Part shown: positions 41,027 through 50,002 of the stretch, piece after piece
How the letters are laid out: each line of letters starts with the position of its first letter
How positions within the stretch are numbered: the first letter of the stretch is position 1
Assembly: GCF_001194135.2 (NCBI RefSeq)
Contig: NC_068985.1
Location: 70,084,572-70,134,573 of the forward strand
DNA length: 50,002 nucleotides
Reading direction: 5' to 3'
DNA from: Octopus bimaculoides
Lineage: Eukaryota
The notes under the pieces: generated by a model
The model's database searches: none
What the model was told of the DNA's origin: nothing
The model's input: only the letters and a program-made list of their open reading frames with translations
Translations under genes and position numbers: made by a program

Positions 41027-41563
41027 CTAAGTCGAAGTGATGATTAAAGCAAAGATCAACAGAAGCAATGTGTGCCGCTATATTTACATGAGTGTACAGT
41101 ACAACACTAGTCACACAATCTGGACATTAGTCCATAATCATTTTCCAGACAAAATCTAACCGCGTGTGACTCTGCAGTCTTGTATGTTAGACATATAATT
41201 AGAAAATTTTTGTAACTTTAGTTACATTTGAAATTTTGTAAATTATGCTGGTTAAAACTTCAAACAACAACGACGAGGTTTGTTGCTGCTGATTAGCCGT
41301 ATGGCTGCTGTGATCAGGTGGTCATAAGCATCTTTGATATGACCACTCATTCAGAGTTTATTCTTTAGGTAGAATTTAGCAGTCGATAGATAATTTATAG
41401 AAGAAACAACGTACAGAAATGATTTATCTGAACCACACCCACTCTATCTTCCTCTCACCTGTTTGAGAAATATAGCAATCGTTTAAATAACAAAATAAAG
41501 CAATAAATATTATTTGATTCAAATTTTTGTTATAGTGATAGTAGTATTGAATGCAATAGGAGA

Positions 41564-41569
<6 letters not shown>

Positions 41570-41602
<33 letters not shown>

Positions 41603-41635
41603 GGTGGTGGTGGTGGTGGTGGTGTTATTAGTAGC

Positions 41636-41672
<37 letters not shown>

Positions 41673-41880
41673 ATAGTCGCTGATATTTTTGATAGTGCTA
41701 CGCCTATGGAGGTGATGTTGGTGGAAGTGTTTTTGGTGGTAGTGGTACTGGTTTGGTGGGGATCTTCCTACTTCAGTTGCTGTTAATATTACTGTCGTCG
41801 TCACCGTCGCCATTGTTACTGCTGCTATTGTTGTTGTTGTTGTTGTTGTTGTTGCTGTTGTTGTTGTTGTTGTTGTCATC
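41570..41880. repeat. (TAC)/(TGG)/(TAG)/(TTG) trinucleotide mosaic
   Basis: Direct reading. Confidence 0.85.
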
Positions 41881-42049
41881 GTTAATGTTATTCTTGTTGC
41901 ACTACTAAGAGACATTAATAGAATGCTTCTAAAATGGCAGAAAGATGCATAACTAGTGCAATATTGATCCAACATCTTCTGAAGTCTTTGTCAAGGTCAG
42001 ACTATGAAGTTATTTTTCTACATTTATTTATATTTTTAACTCGTGTATG

Positions 42050-42780
42050 TACTTATGCTATATATATGTGTGTGTATATATATATATATATATATCTATA
42101 TACATATACATATATATATGCATATATTTATATATTATTTATATTATATATATAAATATATATACATATATATATATATGTATATATGTATATAAATATA
42201 TGTATGTATGTATGTGTATGTATAAATACATATATCTATATACGTATATCTGTACGAGCATTATATGTATATATGCTTGTGCATACATTATTTATTGACA
42301 TAGTATCCCCTAAGCTACAATGCAGCATCGGAATTTAGATGGGGACAACAATGGGCGTCGTGTTGAAACTAATATTGGAATCAAATGGTTGTGATTGGCA
42401 TTCATAATAAAGCAGGCGGTTAAGAATAAAGGATTAAAAAGAATGCGCTGGCATATATAATTAGTTATACTGATCAGTAACCTCAGAGTGTGTATAGCAA
42501 TGTATATCAGTGTAAATGTGTAAATACATTTAGATATATGTGTGTATATGTATCGTTGAGTATATATATATATGTGTGTGTATACATACTCCTATATATA
42601 TTCACTGATATCCGCGTGTTAGCATTGCATACATATGCATGAATGTATATGCAGGTATAAGTGCGTATGTATCAACATCTTTACATGATGCAAATATATA
42701 TATCCATACATACGTATATATATATGTGTATGTGCGTGTGTATACCCCTATGTACATGCATGTGTGCGTATTCATATAAA
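42050..42780. repeat. Degenerate (TA)/(TATG) field
   Basis: Direct reading. Confidence 0.8.
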
Positions 42781-43519
42781 TTCACGTAAAACTGTGAATG
42801 GAACGAAGTTGAGGTAAGCCAAGTCAGTTACTGTGTCTGTGGACTGAACTGGAGCAAGAAAGAAGAATAAAAGTATAGCAAATACCATAGAGTGTAAATT
42901 CGTGCTTCACTCAAATTATCTTTGCCTCATGATAAAGGCCTTGTCGCAGATGTCTACTACTTGGAAAGAGAGGGTGAAATAATCCGGAGAAGCAAGTTTC
43001 TTCGTCATTTGTCAAAGCAGTAATGTAAAGATAGTCCACGTGATTTTTATTCTGTTTCCTTTTTTTTTTTTTTGTATTTTTGGTTTTATTTAAATTTTCT
43101 TTACGAAGTTCTGCTGTCAGGAGAAGAGTCGTGGATACGTGTTTCCCTTTCGATTCCTGTAAACATTAGACTCTGCTAAACCTGCTGGGTTTGTGATTGG
43201 TCAACTTGAACATTCTTTGTAGAAAGAGAATAGTGGCCGTTCAAAAGATTTCTCTGTTTGAGGGTTTTAACACCCTGAGATTTGACTTTAATTCTATGGA
43301 TTCTAGCTGTCTTGATCGATAGTATGTCAGTTCATTTACGATTTTTATGTTATGGTTGTTATTTCGAGCTGTGTACTCAACTGGTACGTATTTCATCGAC
43401 CAGCTCCCTCCCTCAAAAAGTCATGCCTTCTGCCTATTGTAGAGGGTATTATTATTATTATTATTATTATTACTGTTGTAGTTGTTATTGTTATTGTTGT
43501 TGTTGTCATTATTAATATT

Positions 43520-43731
43520 AAGGCAGTGACTGGTAGAATCGTTAACACGCCGGGCAAAATACATTGTGGTATTTCGTCCGACCTTACGATCTGAGGTCAA
43601 ATTACGCCGAGGTCAACTTTGCTTTTCAGGCTTTCGAAGTCGATAAATTAGGTACCAGTGAAACACTGCAATCGATATAATCGACTAGTCCCCTCACCCA
43701 AATTGTGGGCGTTGTGCCTATAGTAGAAAGG
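43520..43731 (+). mobile_element. Full-length type B tRNA-related SINE embedded in (ATT)n
   Basis: AAGGCAGTGACTGGTAGAATCG (A-box-like), GAGGTCAAATTAC (B-box-like), central GCCGAGGTCAACTTTGCTTTTCA..GTCGATAAATTAGGTACCAG; followed by (ATT)/(ACT)n at 43732-43908. Confidence 0.88.
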
Positions 43732-43763
43732 ATTATTATTATTATTATTATTAACATCATCAT

Positions 43764-43804
<41 letters not shown>

Positions 43805-43831
43805 TTATATTATTATTATTAACATCATCAT

Positions 43832-43907
<76 letters not shown>

Positions 43908-44412
43908 GTCGCTATCGGTCCAGTTTTCAGGTACTGGAGCACTATAATGTACTGCAATATTTATTCATGAATAAGGTGAATGAACATCTATCGGAGCTAT
44001 ATTTTCAGTAACACGCTTTCGGTTCTTCAAACTAGTCTTTCTTGCTTCTTCAGGTAACAATGACGCAACAATTCTTGAGACTCGACTGTGGAAAAATAAA
44101 AAAAGTTTCAGATGTACAATTATCGGCATTCAAGTATTGACATATGCAGTTGACGTCACCGTGAAGCTGTCAAACACCGAGCGTATCAAAACGATTTTGT
44201 TGAAATTTAAATTCATTATTAAATAAAACCCGATACTATTTTGTTTTACTCCATATCTAGTTGAGAATTAAAATGGATATTTCATCTAACCCTGCAGTCA
44301 TTTCCTCATTTAATTCATCCTTAGCTGGTACACTTTGTAGAAAGGAGTGAAATTTATAGCAGATATATAATGGAGTAATTAGTATAATAGTGTGTTTTTT
44401 TACGTATGTGTA

Positions 44413-44457
<45 letters not shown>

Positions 44458-45589
44458 GTGTGTGTAAAGGAATTCTAGATTCACGTTTATATTCTATCTA
44501 AGCGACATATCTAATTATTGACAGTTCACAAAAGTAAGATAGCCGCTCATAACCTCCTGGTTAATGTGAATTCAAGAAACACCAAACAGCTTTCACTAAT
44601 ACCATATGAGGAAACTATGGAATATTCAGCCTGTCGATTTCTATAAGGCGTTCCTACTGACCACGGCTGCTATATATTAGGCGGCTAAATGTTTCGGTAC
44701 TAGTTACCTTTCCACCCTCTGATAAGATAAGTACTCACATAAACGTCTAAATTTCCCACGAGTATACATAAGTGAGGTGGAGATATTGGTAGATAAGGAG
44801 GGGGAGAAAAGGGAGAGCGAGAGAGAGAGAGAGAGAGACTACCATACAAGAAGTGAATGGATGACGTAGGAGAGGATGTTACGGAAAGGATATATTACCG
44901 GATCTTCTTTTTAGCCTGTTGTGACCAATCAGATCTTTTTCTTCCGACACAAATCGTTCCTACAGACAATTAAATTTTAGTTTGTTTTAACAGTTAAAAC
45001 TTTACAAGAGGAATCTCATCATTTTCAGCCACTCATATCTGACTAATATACAACCATGCCAGGTAACAAAAGTTGCCCGTTGATACAAGACCCTTTGTTG
45101 GTCCGTGACACACACATTGATAACATCATTGTCATAACGGTAGTCATTGAAACCTCACCAGTATTATTAATAGCTATCATAGCAATTGTCTTCGAATCTA
45201 CACCCTTTGTTTTCTCTTTGTTTTCATTGTTTAGAAGTGTTTCGAAATACCCACCACCTATTCTGACTAAGCAACGACCAGAGCGTGTCGAGCGGTTCAG
45301 CTGGGAGGTCGCACAGCAGGCATCTTTCATATCAAATATAGCATATCGAGTGTATCACTGAACAATAAGAACATCACAATTATTATCATGCTTACACTGG
45401 TTCAACTTACTACTTGACTCCAGTATCTCATTATTTAGCTGTAATTTCAGCTGTACCCTCATAAGAATGTTGGGCTCTCTTCTAGTTTACATCATCGTCT
45501 TAAGTTTCAAACACAAAACGAAGCACATGTTTTGCGTCTGCAGCTAAAAGATATACATTTTGAATTTTGCTAGCCTTTATACATCTTTT

Positions 45590-45898
45590 CCCTTTTAGCT
45601 TTAAATTGTTTCAGTCATTTGACTGTAGCCGTGCTGGGGCACCGCCTTGAAGGGTTTCAGTCGTACAAATCTCCCCCAGGAGTTTAAAGCCTAGTACATA
45701 TTTTATCCATATCTTATGACGAACTGCTAAGTTTCGGGGACATAAACACGGCAACACCTTTTACCAAGTGGTGCCGGAGGACAAACACTGATACAAGGGC
45801 ACACATGCACGCGCGCACACACACACATACACATACACACACACACACACAAGCACACGCACACACACACACACGCACACACACACACACGCACGCAC

Positions 45899-45933
<35 letters not shown>

Positions 45934-46072
45934 AACGACAGACTTCTTTTAGTTTTAGGCTTTGGTCGACCCGAGACTATAGTAGAAGGCACTTGCCTAA
46001 GGTATCACGCAGTGGGACTGAACCCAGGACCATGTCGTTGGGAACCAAGCTTCATACCTCGCAACCGCGCCT
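45590..46072 (-). mobile_element. Type A SINE, full length with internal (CA)n
   Basis: Head AGGCGCGGTTGCGAGG..GGGTTCAGTCCCACTGCG; 3' end GGCGGTGCCCCAGCACGGCTACAGTCAAATGACTGAAACA. Confidence 0.85.
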
Positions 46073-46864
46073 ATTTTTTCCTATGTTTAATGTGATATAA
46101 ATCATTTGATACCACATGATTCTTGTTTGAACTTTTACTCAACCACATATCGATACTATCAAAAATGCTTGCTATTGCAATCCGGTACGATTTGTATAAG
46201 TACTTGCAAAATTTCTGTTCCCTGCAAGTGTAATTATTAACTATTACACGTATTTCAATTATATTTAAACTTCGGAATAATATTAGCATTTCCATCGCTG
46301 GAACACGCGATAAATGGAATTGGATGTCTCTTGGCAGTTTTCCATCTTCACATTTCGTCATTACCTTAACTAACCACTCAACCATTACCCTCCGCATTAA
46401 AACCGCTATTATCACAAATAATAAAATTGTGCAAGTGAATCCTTTCGTCTGAATTCTGTAATCTCTTCAGAAGTTGATTATTATTGCAGCTTGATTACCT
46501 GTTCGGTTGGTTAATTAGTTGGCTTGTTGGCTGGGGCATTTGGTTGGGTGGCTGGCTAGCTTACTGGTTGGTTGGTTGATTGGTTGGTTGGTTGAATGTA
46601 TGGATGCATAGGTCCTACTATTAGCTGGATATTGATACTCTTCGCCATGGATATGTCATTATAGCTACTAACAGTACCCTCACCCGCATCATCAAAGTTG
46701 TCGTCATTGTCACTGCCGTTGCAATCGAGATCATTTTCGTCGCCGTCACCGTCCTCCTCCTCTTCCTCCTCCTCTTCCTCCTCCACCTCCTCATCTTCCT
46801 CATCATTATCATCGTCATCATCATCAACAACAACAACATTATCCTCATCGTCATATGTCACATC

Positions 46865-46982
46865 GGTTTCTAATTTTGGCGTAAGGGCACTAAGTGCGGG
46901 GCGAGGAGTAAGTCGCGTACAGGGACCCCAGTGTACAACTGGTACTTACTTTATCACGGAAGGATGAAAGTCGAACTCGGTA
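46865..46982 (-). mobile_element. Type B SINE 3' half
   Basis: Plus strand GGTTTCTAATTTTGGC..GACCCCAGTGTACAACTGGTACTTA..GGATGAAAGTCGAACTCGG, homologous to 16996-17125. Confidence 0.7.
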
Positions 46983-47026
46983 GAAATATGTACGTATGTA
47001 TGTATGTATGTATGTATACGTATGTA

Positions 47027-48254
47027 TAAGTGTCCCAAAAATCTATACACACTTTAAATACTTGTAATCTAGGTGTTATTAAAATACATTTTATTTCCAA
47101 AATTTAATAGAATCTACAGACATTACTTTATTGTTTTGTAACGTCTGTTTTCAGACTGACGATTGTTCTGGTCCAGGCAATGCTGACAACTCGAAGCGAT
47201 CGAATTGTAAACATCACGAAACAACTCGTTTGGCATTCGTGTACATTCTCAGTCAAATCAGCGACTGATGCAGGTTTCATAACGTAGACTTTGTCTTTTA
47301 GGTATCCCCATAAAAATGTCTTGTGGCGTGAGGTCTGGAGAACACGAAGTGTATTCAAGGAAACCCTTAGTCCAATCCACCTGTTTGGCAAGAACCCCTC
47401 GAGGAAGGATCTAACTTCACAATAGTAGTGTTGGGTGCCCAATCTTGCTGAAATAAACTCCTCATCTTCAAAATCTTCTTTAATGATTGGCATGACAGAC
47501 TGTTGCTGCAAGTTCAAATAAACGGGACCAGTCACAGTAGCGTCAAAAAGGAATGGTCCAATTAATCTTCTTGATGATAAGTCACACCGCACTGTAACTC
47601 CTGATGAATTAACATGGTGTTTCACCATGGCATGTGGATTCTCAGCTACCCAGTAAGTACAATTATGGCAGTTAATTGAACCACTTAATTTAAATGTGGC
47701 CTCATGATTCCACACAATCTTTGTTGAAAAGTGTGCTTCTTCTACACATCATGCCAAGTATCACTCGCAATACTTCACTCTTCGGTCTAGATCATCGTCA
47801 TTAATAGCATAAACTGATCTTGGAACATGATTTTTCTATTGACAACGCTTCAAAATGCTTTGGACAGACGATTTTGAAATACCTACCTCACGACTCGCTT
47901 GCAGCACAGATATTGTTGAACTTTAGTGATACGTTTCCATCACTCTCTCTTGCTTTGTTGGAGTTGTCGATGTTCGTGGTCTTGCAGAACGCTTCTGAAC
48001 AGTTCCATCGGCTTCAAACTTATCTATAATTCGAAAGATGGTAAGTCGCGTTGGTGAGTCTGTTTGAAACTCCCTCCTAAACTTTGAACTTCAACTACCT
48101 TTTCACACTTCCATTAGCATTTAAGATTGAATTTCCTTTGTTCAAAGCTTAGTCTGACTGCCATCATTAATTCCACTGGGTTTCATCTGGAAAGACAAAA
48201 CATCAATTGAGTTATCAGCTAGTACAGTGTGTATGCATTGTTTGAAACACACTG
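47027..48254 (-). mobile_element. Near full-length Tc1/mariner superfamily DNA transposon (DD41D/rosa-like), decayed
   Basis: Degenerate TIRs of about 26-28 bp (TAAGTGTCCCAAAAATCTATACACAC versus reverse complement CAGTGTGTTTCAAACAATGCATACACAC), each flanked by TA; 1228 bp long. Confidence 0.85.
47128..48164 (-). pseudogene. Transposase pseudogene
   Basis: [105 protein letters not shown], with stops and frameshifts. Confidence 0.9.
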
Positions 48255-48286
48255 TATGTATGTATGTATGTATATATATGTACATG

Positions 48287-48966
48287 TATCACAAACCCCT
48301 AACGAACCTAAAGTATATAAATAAATCAAGTAACCATCCTAGGGCTATCATCGAGAATTTAGTTATAAACATCTCTTTAAGACTCTCCAAATTATCTGCT
48401 AACAATAGGGTCTTCAATAATGAAACTCATTTCTATAATACAGCATTGAATAAGGCCGGGTATAGAAAAAGGGTCTCCTATATTGAAAATGATAGCAAAA
48501 TAATTAAAACAACTGACAGCAGTAGTAGTAATAATAAGAGGAATAAACACAATGAAAATAAAGGAAATAAACCAAGATACCCCCATAAACACAACTTAAG
48601 CAATTTAATTTTTTTTTTAAACGATATTAATAACCATGATGATAACGATAAGGATAATAAAGTCTGGTTCACAGTCCCATTTGGGAGAAATATCAAGAGT
48701 AACCTGATAGCAAAGTTTAGAGAGGTGATAGGTAGGCACTTCCCAAGGAGCTCACACTACGGTAAAATTATCAACACACACATAATTAGGTTTGGGTTTT
48801 CAAATACTAGGAACATAGCACAAATAATAGCAACGCATAACCTTAAAATACTTAAGTCTAAAGTAACAGAGGGGAATGAGAATTTGAACAATGATATAAT
48901 AGCAATAATAACAATAATAATAATAATAATAATAATGAGAATGATAATAACAATAATAATAATAAT

Positions 48967-49025
<59 letters not shown>

Positions 49026-49509
49026 TAGTAATGGAGGTACTATTAATAATAGGGGTAAGGCCTGTAAGAGTAAGAACATAATCACAGTAAATGAGGTAAA
49101 CCCTAGGAGATTAAAATTTGAAGGACCCAACGCGAAAGTCAAAAATATAGTATATCAATTTAAAGTAAAGACCCAAACTGGCACCACGAAATACATTGTC
49201 TGCACATCAGGACAGGTATGCAGGAGAATATCTAATCACTTTACGACCTTTAGAGATAGAAAGAAAATAGCAACCACCAGTCTTAGCAAATACATCTGGG
49301 AACTCAAGGATAATAATAAACAGTATTCGTTAGAATGGTCCATAGTAGCAAGATCAATGCCATACGAGAGAGGAAAAAAGTACTGTTCGCTCTGCACGAC
49401 AGAACTCTACTGCATAATCTTCTCTAAGAGTAAATAGATTAACAAATTAACGAATAATGCTCTGAAATGTACACACATCCTAAGAAGCACTTTTCGTTGG
49501 TATAAATGA
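48287..49509 (+). mobile_element. Penelope-like element, 5'-truncated: RT thumb, Asn-rich linker, C-terminal GIY-YIG endonuclease
   Basis: YINKSSNHPRAII..ISLRLSKLS..YNTALNKAGY; WFTVPF..HFP..KIIN..IIATHN. After a frameshift near 48895: NIVYQ..TKYIVCT..RRISNHFTTF..TSLSKYIWELKD..WSIV..YCSLCTTE..*IN..KCTH; premature TAG at 49435. Confidence 0.92.
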
Positions 49510-49544
49510 ATTCAGGATATGAGAGGGTGCCACAGTGAATCTCA

Positions 49545-49556
49545 TGTATGTTTATG

Positions 49557-49591
<35 letters not shown>

Positions 49592-49795
49592 ATGTGCGTA
49601 CATGTGGGTATGTGTACGTAGATACATATGCGTGTGTGTATGTATGTATATATGTGTGTATATGTGGGTGTATGTATGTGTATATATGTATGTGTATATA
49701 TATAGATAGATATATATATGGATATGTATATATATATGTGTGTGTATGCATATATGCGTATATGTGTGTGTGTGCATACATATGGATGTATATAT
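49545..49795. repeat. (TA)/(GT)/(TATG) microsatellite field
   Basis: Direct reading. Confidence 0.9.
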
Positions 49796-49819
49796 GATTG
49801 ACCGTTGACTGAACACTAT

Positions 49820-49987
49820 TCAATTTTTTTCTCCGTGTTTTTCTCCTTGTCTCCGTATTCTTTCTGTTGAAGAGCGTAGCTTGAAACGTTAAAGACCTTC
49901 CGTATTCCCGAGCGTCATACTAATACATCCTTTTGTTGTTTACACCACCTGTCCTCGTCTGTTGTTGTTTTTTTCGTACATTCTCCC
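49820..49987 (+). mobile_element. Penelope-like pseudo-LTR / 3' end followed by (TA)n
   Basis: Homologous to 27445-27604; lies downstream of and co-oriented with the PLE ORF. Confidence 0.7.
49859..49895 (+). ncRNA. Minimal type I hammerhead ribozyme-like motif with variant core
   Basis: TCTTT-CTGTTGA-A-GAGC(GTA)GCTT-GAAA-CGTT-AAAGA: stem I TCTTT/AAAGA, stem II GAGC/GCTT, palindromic ACGT stem III. Core is CUGUUGA rather than CUGANGA. Confidence 0.5.
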
Positions 49988-50002
49988 ATATATATATATA
50001 TA

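Overview
Eukaryotic, AT-rich, repeat-saturated, non-genic (intronic or intergenic) window with six N gaps. The SINE families, compound microsatellites and TE mix are what I associate with an Octopus (coleoid cephalopod) genome; this is an inference, not a database result. I found no supportable host exon, rRNA, tRNA gene or CRISPR array, and most ORF-track entries are microsatellite translations. Recognisable content: (1) six plus-strand fragments of R4/Dong-like RLE-type non-LTR retrotransposons, each adjoining an (AAT)n-type tract; (2) two decayed copies of one L1/Tx1-like LINE family; (3) a CR1-like fragment; (4) three tRNA-derived SINE types, one copy with an 11-bp TSD; (5) a near full-length DD41D-like Tc1/mariner relic plus a second mariner end; (6) a Penelope-like element (RT thumb, poly-Asn linker, GIY-YIG) and two pseudo-LTR copies, both carrying a minimal hammerhead-ribozyme-like fold with the same non-canonical core; (7) a ~130-bp-arm inverted repeat. 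The best leads are the variant hammerhead motif and the apparent (AAT)n-targeting TE assemblage. No clearly new biological system can be proven from the sequence alone.
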